From positions 146,880 through 210,879 of the forward strand of contig DAVD01000037.1 in the NCBI GenBank assembly GCA_002505405.1: 64,000 nucleotides of DNA, read 5' to 3'. The translations under genes were made by a program, and so were the position numbers. The notes below the pieces were generated by a model that ran no database searches, had not been told where the DNA came from, and worked only from the letters and a program-made list of their open reading frames with translations. Shown here one piece after another: positions 45,490 through 60,135 of the stretch (positions are counted from its first letter, which is position 1; the number at the start of each line of letters is the position of its first letter). The stretch comes from Candidatus Poseidonia alphae (GTDB lineage: Archaea > Thermoplasmatota > Poseidoniia > Poseidoniales > Poseidoniaceae).

Positions 45490-48400
45490 ATGTCGGAACG
45501 ACGCTCCACTCCCGCCCTCGTATTCGTTGCTCTTTTGCTTTTGATGAGCATGGGCCCATTCGCATTGACTGCAACCGCTGATTCGACCGAAGAGCAAGCA
45601 TCCTCACCATCCGTACAGACGGATGGCGAAATCATCGGCGACCTTGAAGATTTCAACCCCAGTGATGGAAGTGAGTACTTGTTTATTCATGAAGAACAGC
45701 CGGTTGTATCCGCTACACAATTCATGCGGCAAGCGTGGGTTGACGCAGGGCGGCCAGGTGTTGACGACATGGTCGTTGATACCACAAACGGGCGCGCAGC
45801 AGGGCGCGCATGCACGCCACGAGTTGTAGGTGACACACTTACGGTTGCTATTTCGGGCGGTCAAATCGATGCCTATGTGGCGAAAACCACAAACAGCGTT
45901 GCCTTCATCGTGCAAAGCGGAAGGACACTGTCATCCACCGTTCTCAACAACCTCGCGAGCACATGGGACACAACCATTTATCCAACCATGACCACGTATT
46001 ACGGTAAAGATTACCAAGACGGCCGAGGACTCGCGCCTCCCGATGTTGACAACAACTGCCAGGTGCAAATCATCGTCTACGATATCGACGGTGCTTACAA
46101 CACGGGCGGATACTTCGCTCCATCGTTCTCCAGTTCCAGCGAATCCGTGTACGTAGACTATGCGGACATCACACTCTCTTGGGGCAAATCAATTCTGGCC
46201 CACGAATTGGAACACTTGCTGCACAACGCTTTGGACCCCTATGAAAATTTGTGGATTGACGAAGGAAACGCTGACGTAGCGATCTACCTCTGCTTCGGAG
46301 CGGATTCAACCCTCACGGGCCACGTGAACGCCTGGACTGCAAATCCCGAACAATCCGTACGTTGGTGGAATCAACGAATTGCCGATTACGGTGCAGGGTA
46401 CATGTTCACCATGTATCTTGCAGAACACCTCGGAGGCGGCCCGGCGGTCCGTCAACTCGTCCAAGACTCGGCAACAGGGGGCCAAGGCGTCGAGAATCTG
46501 GCTCTTTCCCCTCAATCCGGTCCAGTGGGCGCAGTCGGCACGACGATGAGCGAAATATTCGCCAATTTCAGCATCGCCGCAACCCTTGATTCGGACCAAG
46601 GAATCTATGGGTATCCAAACTTGGATTTGAACCCCGTTTGCTCAGGCGGTCTGTTTTGCCGCGCTCAGCCAACCGAAATAAACAGCGATTGGAGCTCACC
46701 GTGGTCTTCTACCGGTAACACTCTCGAAGGATGGGGCATTCGATCGTTCAAGTTCACTCCTGGCGGAGCCTCACCTGCTCCGTTGACCTTACGCCTAACT
46801 GCAGACGTATCGCAATTTGATGGTGTCGTCGTTTCGAAGGCCACTTCCGATGGACTCTGGAGCGTCTCTGATCTTAATTTCAAAAACAAAGTGGCCACTG
46901 GCCTTGTTCCTGGATTTGGTAACCTTACCGATGAGGTATGGGTGATTACATGGTATGGAAGTACGATTGCGGACTGCGATTACACCTCATGTGGGCCTTC
47001 TTATCCAACAGGCACTGTTGATGTTGAAGCGGCTCGAATCACTTCACCAGCTACGCTTTCCTTGAACACGACCACGCTTGGAGACCGTGATGGAGACGGC
47101 AGTGATGATACCGTTCAGATTGATTACGGCGTATTGTCAAACGCTTTCTTTGAAGACTTGGATGTTGAAGTTACTGTGACTGACAGTTCAGGAACGGTTG
47201 TAGATTTCGTGACCGACCGCATTGCTGCGGGTGGCGGTTCAATCGTTGACAGCAGCGTTTACTTTACTGCCCCTCTCAACGACATGTACTCTTTTTCAAT
47301 GGTCATGAAAGACATGCTTGGGTCCGTGGTTGATACCCTGCAGACATCGCCACAAACGCTCAACAACATGCAACCAGTTGCTAACGGAACCCTTTCACTC
47401 ACGGACGTTCAAACTTGGGAGAACCTCCAATTCTTGGGCGGTGGCTTCGATGCATGGGGACTCTCTTTGGACAACAATACCTTGCCGTACCTCGACGCTC
47501 CCACCGCATATGCATGGAGCTTTGGAGACAACGTAACATCGAATTTGAAATCACCCTTACGTTCCTATGCGGCGGTAGGTTCGTTCAATGCTACGTTACG
47601 AGTCATGGACCAGGGTGGCAGTTGGTCTGAAACCGAAATCCATCCGGTAAACGTGTCTGATTCAACAGATCCCTTTCCCGTCATAACCGTCAACAATATT
47701 GTTGTTGAAGAAGAGATTTCACTCTTGACCAATCAACGAATCTTGTTCTCTGCTGGACGTACGACCGATAACGTCCCTCTTGACTATCTTGACTTCCATT
47801 GGGATTGGGGTGACGGTACCAGTGACTCTGGACTTGGAGTTTACTCTCAGCAACACGAATGGGGCGATATTGATGGAGAAAACATCACCTACGACCTCAT
47901 TCTGACAGTTTTTGACGGTAACAACAACGGGACGAAAACCATCAAGGTGAACATCAACAATCGCCTACCTGTGCAAATTTACGCAGAGACGATGACGACC
48001 ATGACCTACACGAATTTGGTGATGCCCGATGTCTTTATCGATGACGATGGAACCATAGATGCCTACGATTGGACCTTCACCGATGGAGTAAGGATTGCTC
48101 CTGGTATGCCTCAACGAGGTGATGATTACTCAACCGTCTCCAGCAGCCTCTCAAACCCAATTGTGTCATGGGATGTTCCTGGGAACAAGACCTTGATGCT
48201 CACGGTGACCGATGATGATGGAAGTGAAATGACGACCATGCTCAATGTCGTTGTTTTAAACCAACTGCCTTTTGCCTCATTTGATGTGATTTCATCGTCT
48301 ACTGTTGGCTCTCAATCCATTGATTTTAGAGAGCAAGATGGAGAGGTAGACGAGCCCTATACCTTTGACGGCAGAGACAGTACCGACCCTGACGGGACGG

Positions 48401-49692
48401 TTGGAGACTCAACGGACCTGATTTACAATTGGACCTTCTCGGATGGAACCTTCGGAGAACGTCCTCAAGTGACTCACGCTTTTTCCGAACCCGGTATCCA
48501 CTCTGTGACACTTGTTGTTACCGATGAGCGTGGAGAAAGCAGTTTCCCACGAACCATGACGGTGCGAATCATCAATCCTCTCCCCATCATTCAAGTCCGA
48601 ATTTTGGACGGTTGGCTTGACGACCAAAAAATCACTTCTTCAACCTCGTTCCCCGAAGGAAGCGTCCCCGATGGATGGTCTCATACCTTCAACGAAGAGA
48701 ACCATGTTGTTACTGCTCCCGGCGACATGCTGTATTTTGACTCCTCTGGGACCCGAGACGGCGATCGTCGCTTTGAAGGGCGCTACATCCCCTTCGAGGT
48801 ATCCTCGCCCGACTGGAACGGTCTGGTGCAATACACCTGGGACTTTGGAGATGCAACTCCCCTCGAGCACGATGCAAGTCCTTGGCACGCCTATGTTTTG
48901 CCTGGCACCTACGATGTAACGCTCACTGTACGGGATGCTTTTGGGACCGGGGACGTGACTCGAATGACCTTTACCGTGGTCGTGAACTCACCTCCGGAAA
49001 TTTATGAAATTTTCATCCCTGAGGAAATCATTGTTGGGGACTCTTACAGTTTCAATGCAAACGTGTCTGACATGCAAGATGATGTGGAGCTTGAAATCTA
49101 TCGAGACCTGGATGTTGAAGACGGCTCAATTTACGAGCGGGATGAGCGCATTCTCACAGAGTTGACCGTTCGTTGGGACTTTGACCTCTCACAGGATGAA
49201 AACGAGAATGGAAATGCTGGTGACGATTGGATCGAACCGACTGCTGGTTACGATGTTCGTGCCAGTCATGCGTGGGAATTCACTGGATATTATGAGCTCA
49301 AGGTCGAGGTGTGCGACGGGCTTGGCCAGTGTGAGTCCATGACCGAAGAGGTAGAGGTTGTTCCTGAACCTGATGGCCCACCATCACTTTCGGACTTTAC
49401 CGCAGATGAATGGAAATCATGGATTGCCGATGCTGGGTCAGAATTGGCCACATTCATCGGTCTGATTGCAGTCGCCTTAATTCTTGGTTGGTTGGTTATG
49501 CGAGAACCAAGTTCTCTTGAAGAAGAGGCCAAGGATGCCGCAGAGACTTATTCGGATGTTGAGATGGTCGAATCCCAAGGTGGACTCCTTGGTATGGATC
49601 ATCACTTGCCTCCACCGGCGCCGAAAATCCTCTCCAAGGATGAGCGTCGAAGTGATGACAGCGGTTACATCCGCCCACTTCGTCGCCGTTGA
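45490..49692 (+). CDS. Giant surface-anchored gluzincin-like metalloprotease with multiple PKD-like repeats
   Basis: About 1400 aa. Signal 'ALVFVALLLLMSMGPFALTATA', 'ILAHELEHLLHN...LWIDEGNAD' (HExxH plus downstream E), at least five PKD-type cores ('WSFGDNVTS','WDWGDGTSD','WTFTDGV','WTFSDGTFG','WDFGDATPL'), C-terminal TM 'LATFIGLIAVALILGWLVM'. ORF opens at GTG 45481. Confidence 0.8.
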   Translation: MSERRSTPALVFVALLLLMSMGPFALTATADSTEEQASSPSVQTDGEIIGDLEDFNPSDGSEYLFIHEEQPVVSATQFMRQAWVDAGRPGVDDMVVDTTNGRAAGRACTPRVVGDTLTVAISGGQIDAYVAKTTNSVAFIVQSGRTLSSTVLNNLASTWDTTIYPTMTTYYGKDYQDGRGLAPPDVDNNCQVQIIVYDIDGAYNTGGYFAPSFSSSSESVYVDYADITLSWGKSILAHELEHLLHNALDPYENLWIDEGNADVAIYLCFGADSTLTGHVNAWTANPEQSVRWWNQRIADYGAGYMFTMYLAEHLGGGPAVRQLVQDSATGGQGVENLALSPQSGPVGAVGTTMSEIFANFSIAATLDSDQGIYGYPNLDLNPVCSGGLFCRAQPTEINSDWSSPWSSTGNTLEGWGIRSFKFTPGGASPAPLTLRLTADVSQFDGVVVSKATSDGLWSVSDLNFKNKVATGLVPGFGNLTDEVWVITWYGSTIADCDYTSCGPSYPTGTVDVEAARITSPATLSLNTTTLGDRDGDGSDDTVQIDYGVLSNAFFEDLDVEVTVTDSSGTVVDFVTDRIAAGGGSIVDSSVYFTAPLNDMYSFSMVMKDMLGSVVDTLQTSPQTLNNMQPVANGTLSLTDVQTWENLQFLGGGFDAWGLSLDNNTLPYLDAPTAYAWSFGDNVTSNLKSPLRSYAAVGSFNATLRVMDQGGSWSETEIHPVNVSDSTDPFPVITVNNIVVEEEISLLTNQRILFSAGRTTDNVPLDYLDFHWDWGDGTSDSGLGVYSQQHEWGDIDGENITYDLILTVFDGNNNGTKTIKVNINNRLPVQIYAETMTTMTYTNLVMPDVFIDDDGTIDAYDWTFTDGVRIAPGMPQRGDDYSTVSSSLSNPIVSWDVPGNKTLMLTVTDDDGSEMTTMLNVVVLNQLPFASFDVISSSTVGSQSIDFREQDGEVDEPYTFDGRDSTDPDGTVGDSTDLIYNWTFSDGTFGERPQVTHAFSEPGIHSVTLVVTDERGESSFPRTMTVRIINPLPIIQVRILDGWLDDQKITSSTSFPEGSVPDGWSHTFNEENHVVTAPGDMLYFDSSGTRDGDRRFEGRYIPFEVSSPDWNGLVQYTWDFGDATPLEHDASPWHAYVLPGTYDVTLTVRDAFGTGDVTRMTFTVVVNSPPEIYEIFIPEEIIVGDSYSFNANVSDMQDDVELEIYRDLDVEDGSIYERDERILTELTVRWDFDLSQDENENGNAGDDWIEPTAGYDVRASHAWEFTGYYELKVEVCDGLGQCESMTEEVEVVPEPDGPPSLSDFTADEWKSWIADAGSELATFIGLIAVALILGWLVMREPSSLEEEAKDAAETYSDVEMVESQGGLLGMDHHLPPPAPKILSKDERRSDDSGYIRPLRRR

Positions 49693-49740
49693 GCCGACAT
49701 GACCTAAAGCCTCCGAGGTACAAGAGAGAACGGTGGAGCA

Positions 49741-50760
49741 ATGCGAATTAGCACGTTTCTTGTTTCGCTTTTACTTCTCTTGCCCTTGATTTCCAATGGC
49801 TCCCCCGTTCAAATTGAGGCGCAAGCGGCAACCGGCTGTACGGGTGATATTCAGCCAATCGTTTGGAACGAAACGGTTGAGCGTCAAGCACTGGTTCCCT
49901 TTTCAGATTATGGGGGTTGGGGATTTGATGAAATGGATCGTGGCGGCGATAAGCCTCTTGCTGCAGAGGGACCCGAATTCGCCTCAGAATTAGACCCAGC
50001 CTTACACCCTGAAGAAAGCTGGATGTTCAACCCAATGTGGCCACTACCGGTTTTGGAACCTTTGTCAACCGACCATTATACAACGCTTCTTGTTGGAAAC
50101 GACAGTGCTGGCGTGCTTCGTTTCAACCTTTCAAGTCAGCATCGAACGACCTTTTGCCTCACGCTTCAAACCGTTGTTGACAACACGTCGGCCCCTGCTG
50201 AAGCAGACGTATATCTTCTGACAACATCACAGTATGAGATGTACCGGGAATCCTACAACAGCAACCATTTCTATACGTGGATGGGTGACTTTGAACAGGT
50301 TTTGAGTGATTTATCACCTGAATGGAGAAGTTTCAACCCTGCTGGCTGGAACACCTATCGTGACGTGCACCAGTACGAAAATACGGCTGAAGTAACCTTT
50401 TCACTCTCCTTGGACGGTCCAGAGGTATACAATTCTCTTTTCGATTCCGATACCTACCAAGACTTCTATTTGGTGATTGACACGTGGGATAACTCTCACG
50501 ACAGGGACGCTCAGCCACAGAATGAAGTCGTTGTGGCTGATGTAACCGTGATCACAGAAGAACGAACATTTGTCCTCCCGCCTTGGACCGTGCCTTTGGT
50601 TTTCTTCATGGCCATGGCTACGGTTTTAGTGGTCCCGTTCATCCTCAACAGCCGTTACATGAATGCAGGAAATGATGGTGCAGGCCATGATGCAACAATG
50701 GAAACCGTTCCCCTTCTTGAGCAGAAGTCAGCTGACGGCATGATGCCGCCATCGGAGTAG
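49741..50760 (+). CDS. Secreted, C-terminally anchored hypothetical protein
   Basis: 339 aa. Signal 'FLVSLLLLLPLISNG', C-terminal TM 'VPLVFFMAMATVLVVPFIL'. No catalytic motif recognised. Confidence 0.55.
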   Translation: MRISTFLVSLLLLLPLISNGSPVQIEAQAATGCTGDIQPIVWNETVERQALVPFSDYGGWGFDEMDRGGDKPLAAEGPEFASELDPALHPEESWMFNPMWPLPVLEPLSTDHYTTLLVGNDSAGVLRFNLSSQHRTTFCLTLQTVVDNTSAPAEADVYLLTTSQYEMYRESYNSNHFYTWMGDFEQVLSDLSPEWRSFNPAGWNTYRDVHQYENTAEVTFSLSLDGPEVYNSLFDSDTYQDFYLVIDTWDNSHDRDAQPQNEVVVADVTVITEERTFVLPPWTVPLVFFMAMATVLVVPFILNSRYMNAGNDGAGHDATMETVPLLEQKSADGMMPPSE

Positions 50761-50763
50761 GAC

Positions 50764-51561
50764 TCAGTATTCCATTAGAGTCCAAGCACTCTTGAGGTCC
50801 TTGATGTTGACAAGGCCCTTGTTCGAGAGTTTGAATTCACTACGAAGTGTGGCGTAGACCAAAGCTTGTCCGAGAACAGGGGCGTGAAGGCGAGACCAGT
50901 CTCCTCCGTTGCCAAGAGCCATCATCGAAAAATTGTGCTTTGAGCCACGAAGTTCGTGACATGCCTCGACGATCTGAAGCGCATCTTGATGGTCGTTAAC
51001 GGTCCCGCAAAATTTGAAGATCTCGCCTTCGGTTGAATGCGTTTCTACCAGTTCAATGAGTTCGGATGCACTGGGGGTTGATTCAGTGTTGTGCATGGAC
51101 GATACGATGCCGACTTTGGCGGAGGAGGCCATGTCCAGGATTTCTTTACGCTGTTCATCTTCTACAGACAACTCAACGTCGATGGTGGTGACGCCAGATG
51201 CAATGGCCTTCTTCATGATCTCAAGTCGTTCATCTTCGGTCCCAGGGAAATGTCCGCCTTCATTGAGGGGGCGGACGGTGAAGATCACAGGAAGCGGGAT
51301 GCTTTCCTTGAGGGAGGTAATTGATTCATCAGCATTTACCTCTCCAGCCTCAAGGACGTGCCATTGGTCTTCGGGTGGTAGTACGTGTCGGATTTCACCG
51401 TTCTCGTCCTCTACAGGCTCATGAGGGGGTTTCTTGAGGTAAAGGCGGTCAAAGCGCACCTCGACCATATCGGCGCCAGCAATGTTGGCTCGTGCGGCTT
51501 CATCAGCCATTTCTTTGACGGTTGTTCCTTCAAGGGACACACAGATGTTAGGGCCAGTCAT
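50764..51561 (-). CDS. aroD: 3-dehydroquinate dehydratase, type I
   Basis: 265 aa. 'ICVSLEGTT...ADMVEVRFD', 'IFTVRP..EGG', 'IFKFCGTVNDHQDAL' (Schiff-base Lys region), 'SMMALGNGGDWSRL'. Confidence 0.85.
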   Translation of the reverse strand: MTGPNICVSLEGTTVKEMADEAARANIAGADMVEVRFDRLYLKKPPHEPVEDENGEIRHVLPPEDQWHVLEAGEVNADESITSLKESIPLPVIFTVRPLNEGGHFPGTEDERLEIMKKAIASGVTTIDVELSVEDEQRKEILDMASSAKVGIVSSMHNTESTPSASELIELVETHSTEGEIFKFCGTVNDHQDALQIVEACHELRGSKHNFSMMALGNGGDWSRLHAPVLGQALVYATLRSEFKLSNKGLVNIKDLKSAWTLMEY

Positions 51562-51814
51562 GACCTGCCCACTTGTGTCCTCTTCTTAACGCTCACGCCG
51601 CTCGCATTCCCAGTGGAATCGGAATTTTCAGCGTAGATTTAAAACGCGTGCGTATCTTTTTGAAGGGTAAAATGCATCAATAATTAGGGCCCTTCCGGCA
51701 GCGGTTTTACTGATTGAATGGCATGTTTCGGAGGTATTGATAGGGGTATGTTTAAACACCGTGGAGGGAAGTAGAAATTGAATGGGAGGGAGTGAAAAAA
51801 ATCATGTCGATATC

Positions 51815-51834
51815 GGGCCGCAGCCCACTTTTTT
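51815..51834 (+). terminator. Short GC hairpin followed by a T6 tract inside the aroD-gyrB intergenic region
   Basis: GGGCcgcaGCCC (51815-51826), then acTTTTTT (51829-51834). Lies ~60 nt upstream of the gyrB start and before a TATA-like 'GATTATTTTAC'. Confidence 0.3.
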
Positions 51835-51859
51835 CCAATGATTATTTTACCCTTGATAA

Positions 51860-56669
<4,810 letters not shown>

Positions 56670-56764
56670 GCCTAAGCTTCATCTTAGCGAAGCGACGCAT
56701 TCAAACATGAAGGCGACCCGTAGGGGATTGCGGGGCCAACTCGGCTCATGCAAAGGTGATAGCT

Positions 56765-58021
56765 ATGAAAGAGAGTTCACTCATTTACGACTGGAATACT
56801 GTAGAATATGAATTCAGCAGAAACCCTTCAAATCACCCACATGGTGTTTGGTTTGATGATGAAACCCTTCGAGACGGTTTGCAAAGTCCAAGTGCACGTA
56901 ACCCTACCATTGAGCAAAAAATTGAATTGCTCAGTTTCATGGAACAACTTGGCTTGCAAAAAGTAGACCTCGGGCTCCCGGGGGCAGGTCCGTTTCACCG
57001 CAACCACATCGATGCCATGCTCAGCCATATCAAGGAAAACGATTACTCAATCCGACCCGGAGCTGCCGTTCGTACCCTCATGGGCGACATTGAACCTCTT
57101 GTGGAGATGCAAGCAAAGCATGAAATGGAAATTCAGGCTTCTGCTTTCCTTGGGACCAGTCCCATTCGACAATTTACGGAAGGGTGGACCATGGAGAAAC
57201 TCGTCACAACGATGGAAGGTGCGGTGTCTTATGCAGTTGAAAACGACGTACAGGTCATGTTCGTCACCGAAGATACGACACGCTCCAACCCTGAAGATGT
57301 GAAAATGATCTATCAGCGTGCGATGGAACTCGGCGTTCGCCGCCTCTGCGTTTGTGATACCTGCGGGCACGTCACCCCAAATGGAGTTAGGAAACTCCTT
57401 TCATTCATTGACGAAGAAGTGATCAAGGATGCCGGCTATCAGCGCCGAGACATCGAAGTCAACTGGCATGGCCACCAAGACCGTGGCCTAGGAGTAGCGA
57501 ACAACATTGCAGCGGTTGAGGCTGGAGCAGACGTGATTCATGGAACCGCCCTAGGTGTTGGTGAGCGGGCAGGGAATGCGCCGCTTGACCAAACCCTCGT
57601 GAATCTGAAGCTCATGGGTGTTATTGAGAACGATTTGACACTCTTGGATGCTTACATGCAAAAGGCGAACGAATACATTGAAGTTCCTTTGCCCCGAAAC
57701 TATCCAGTCTTCGGCGAAGATGCCTTTGAAACAGGTACTGGTGTTCATGCATCCGCTGTCATTAAGGCCATGAAGAAGGGCGATCACTGGCTTGCTGACC
57801 GAGTCTACTCCGGAGTTCCTGCTGGAGATTTTGGCTTGAAGCAAGTCATACGAATTGGCCACATGTCGGGCCGGTCAAACATTGTCTGGTGGCTTGAACA
57901 AAATGAAATCGAAGTTTCAGACGACTTGGTTGCTTACCTCTTTGAGATTGCTAAGAGTCAAAAGCGAAACATGCTGGATGAAGAAATTCATGCCGCAGTC
58001 ACTGCTTTTTCAAGTCAGTGA
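56765..58021 (+). CDS. Alpha-isopropylmalate/homocitrate synthase-family (HMGL-like DRE-TIM) enzyme, short form
   Basis: 'FDDETLRDGLQSPS', 'VCDTCGHVTP', 'WHGHQDRGLGVANNIAAVEAGADVIHGTALGVGERAGNAPLDQ'. No LeuA regulatory domain. ORF opens at GTG 56756. Confidence 0.82.
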   Translation: MKESSLIYDWNTVEYEFSRNPSNHPHGVWFDDETLRDGLQSPSARNPTIEQKIELLSFMEQLGLQKVDLGLPGAGPFHRNHIDAMLSHIKENDYSIRPGAAVRTLMGDIEPLVEMQAKHEMEIQASAFLGTSPIRQFTEGWTMEKLVTTMEGAVSYAVENDVQVMFVTEDTTRSNPEDVKMIYQRAMELGVRRLCVCDTCGHVTPNGVRKLLSFIDEEVIKDAGYQRRDIEVNWHGHQDRGLGVANNIAAVEAGADVIHGTALGVGERAGNAPLDQTLVNLKLMGVIENDLTLLDAYMQKANEYIEVPLPRNYPVFGEDAFETGTGVHASAVIKAMKKGDHWLADRVYSGVPAGDFGLKQVIRIGHMSGRSNIVWWLEQNEIEVSDDLVAYLFEIAKSQKRNMLDEEIHAAVTAFSSQ

Positions 58022-58032
58022 GGTTCTTTCCA

Positions 58033-58263
58033 TCACCAAAAGTAGTACACTGCTATTGCTGAAAAAAGGCCAATCACAGTCATCCAATAGAGTGGTTTAT
58101 CCCAGGACTTTTTACCAAATTTCTCATCAAGTTTGTCTCCTACGGCAACGAAGGTATTTTCTGCTAATTCTGCTGAAATCAAATCGATTGGCATTTTAAA
58201 ATCCTTTGTTGGTTCAATCACTCCCAAATGAATATTTTCCCTGTGACGGAGAGAAATGTTCAC
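58033..58263 (-). CDS. Small tail-anchored membrane protein (hypothetical)
   Basis: 76-aa ORF with a single C-terminal TM 'LYWMTVIGLFSAIAVYYFW'. 4-bp overlap with the upstream gene's stop. Confidence 0.35.
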   Translation of the reverse strand: MNISLRHRENIHLGVIEPTKDFKMPIDLISAELAENTFVAVGDKLDEKFGKKSWDKPLYWMTVIGLFSAIAVYYFW

Positions 58264-59603
58264 GATTCTTCTTCAAACTCTTTTGACTCGTTGGTGATTT
58301 TTGAGCCGATCCATTCGGAGTCTACGCTTCCGCCGCTCCATTCACCGTCCAACGAAATCTCGCTAATTTCATGTTCTTCACGCCACACTGGGTCTTCTTG
58401 ACTTCCGTTAATGATGAATTTCCCATCATCATCAATCTGTTCCTCGAGAAGTGAGAAATGCTTTGAAATGGGCAAAAAGTGCCCCACGGGCATTCCCGCT
58501 GCAGTGAACGGGTTTGTTGCTGCTCCGATGATGAGCCCGTCTTCAGGAGCGACAATATCTACGGTCATTCCTGGTGTTCCTGGGTCTGAAATAGTCGCTA
58601 GAACCTCACCTTCTCGCATGACACTTCCAGCACTAACGAACATGTCCAGGAGGCCTCCCTCTCCAGCACGAAGCCATCGTGAGCCACTCGCCATGATGCG
58701 GAAACGAGGACGATGTGGGTTTCCAGGGATCATTCGCAGAGAACGTAAGATGTTCATGACGCCATGGACTGCAACCTTGACCGATTCATGCCCAAGATAG
58801 TCTGCCCCACCACCTTCGTAGGTGATGACCGGAATCTCAGCAGCGTTAGCTGTACGTCGAAGGGAACCTTTTGGCGGTGTTGAGTCGAGGATGAGTTCAA
58901 TTCCAAACGCTTTGGCGAGTAAGTAAGAACTTGAATGAGTGAGGTCGACACGAACTTGAGGCATATTGTCGCGTCCTTTGGCTGCGCTATGCAGGTCGAT
59001 AATTCCATCCGAATCCTCGATGAGGTGCTTCCAAATCTGGTGAGCCACGCGTTTGGTCGTAGAACTTCCTGGGTCACCGGGGAATTGTCGATTGAGGTCA
59101 CGACCGTCAGGGAAATATCTTGATTTTGCTCTGTAACCGGGAAGGTTGAGGACGGGGACAATACGTAACGTCCCAGCCATGGATTTTGGGTCAAGGGGGC
59201 GCCCTTCGTCAGTAAACGGGTTGCTCAACAAGTGTGTGCAAGCAGTTGGGCCTGTCAATTCATCCCCATGAATGCCCCCCAAAACCGTGATGCAGGGGCC
59301 TGGCCGAGATCCATGAATCACTGTTACAGGAACTGGCCACGGATCGCCTAAGCTGACATCGAGAAGAGGGAGGGGTACGGTTCTCAAGGTTCCTGGCTTG
59401 ATGCGCTTTCTGAAGAAGCGAATATCCCCCCATTCCGAACTTCGGTCCCAATCGGGGCGGTCTTCGGTTTGATGGGCCTTCATGGCTTCTTCAATTGCGA
59501 TTTTACGGCGTTTTGGTAGTTCATGGGCGACTCGAACTTTCCGGACCTTGGTTTTCTTACGCCCCGCCATGCATTGGCCACGGCCCCCCCCATCATGAAC
59601 CAT
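58260..59603 (-). CDS. Succinylglutamate desuccinylase/aspartoacylase (AstE/AspA, M14-like) family protein
   Basis: 447 aa. 'ITVLGGIHGDELTG', 'DLNRQFPG', 'IIDLHSA', plus a C-terminal hybrid-barrel-like 'EGEVLATISDPG...IVAPEDGLIIG'. Confidence 0.78.
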   Translation of the reverse strand: MVHDGGGRGQCMAGRKKTKVRKVRVAHELPKRRKIAIEEAMKAHQTEDRPDWDRSSEWGDIRFFRKRIKPGTLRTVPLPLLDVSLGDPWPVPVTVIHGSRPGPCITVLGGIHGDELTGPTACTHLLSNPFTDEGRPLDPKSMAGTLRIVPVLNLPGYRAKSRYFPDGRDLNRQFPGDPGSSTTKRVAHQIWKHLIEDSDGIIDLHSAAKGRDNMPQVRVDLTHSSSYLLAKAFGIELILDSTPPKGSLRRTANAAEIPVITYEGGGADYLGHESVKVAVHGVMNILRSLRMIPGNPHRPRFRIMASGSRWLRAGEGGLLDMFVSAGSVMREGEVLATISDPGTPGMTVDIVAPEDGLIIGAATNPFTAAGMPVGHFLPISKHFSLLEEQIDDDGKFIINGSQEDPVWREEHEISEISLDGEWSGGSVDSEWIGSKITNESKEFEEES

Positions 59604-59638
59604 ACGCTATTTTCTCAGCCAAAGCCAACAACCAAAAA

Positions 59639-59654
59639 GTGTCACGCCTGACAC
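59639..59654. promoter_or_regulatory. Perfect inverted repeat GTGTCA-N4-TGACAC abutting the thioesterase start codon
   Basis: GTGTCAcgccTGACAC is immediately followed by GTG 59655, within a 51-bp divergent intergenic region. Confidence 0.3.
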
Positions 59655-60125
59655 GTGGGTATGACTCCAGGGGTACAGCGAGAGTATGCACCGAGTTCAA
59701 TTTGTTTTGGTTGCGGGCCAGCAAATGAACAGGGCCTGCAAATTGATTCCCACCGGATTGAAAACGGTCTTATTCTTCGGTTCACCCCCGAAGAACATCA
59801 CCAAGCCTTTCCTGGAATGATCAACGGAGGAATCATTGGAACCTTATTGGATTGCCATGGGAACTGGACCGCAGCAGTTGCTCTTATGGACGCTCAAGAA
59901 GTTGACGAGCCACCGTGCACGGTCACGGCATCCTACAGCGTCCAATTGCGACGCCCTACTCCATTGAACACTGAATTGGTAGTGACAAGCCAAGTTGAGA
60001 CTTTACTGCAAGACCGTGCTGAAATCACTCTAAAACTTGAAGCCAATGGTAAGGTTTGTGCAACGGGAAAAGGCCTCTTTGTGGCTGTAAAAGAGGGTCA
60101 TCCTGCTTATCATCGCTGGTCTTGA
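59655..60125 (+). CDS. Hotdog-fold thioesterase (PaaI/YbgC-like)
   Basis: 156 aa. 'CFGCGPANEQGLQI', 'FPGMINGGIIGTLLDCHGNW'. Confidence 0.72.
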   Translation: MGMTPGVQREYAPSSICFGCGPANEQGLQIDSHRIENGLILRFTPEEHHQAFPGMINGGIIGTLLDCHGNWTAAVALMDAQEVDEPPCTVTASYSVQLRRPTPLNTELVVTSQVETLLQDRAEITLKLEANGKVCATGKGLFVAVKEGHPAYHRWS

Positions 60126-60135
60126 GGTTTGTATC

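Noticed and set aside
47400-48950. PKD repeats as a nucleotide-level tandem repeat or recent duplication
   Set aside because: Only the short protein cores (W-x-F/W-G/T-D-G) recur. The DNA between them is not recognisably repeated.
51586-51592. Single TTAACGC copy upstream of aroD, matching the 24.2-kb array motif
   Set aside because: One isolated 7-mer is within chance expectation for a 64-kb window. It is not evidence of a shared regulon by itself.
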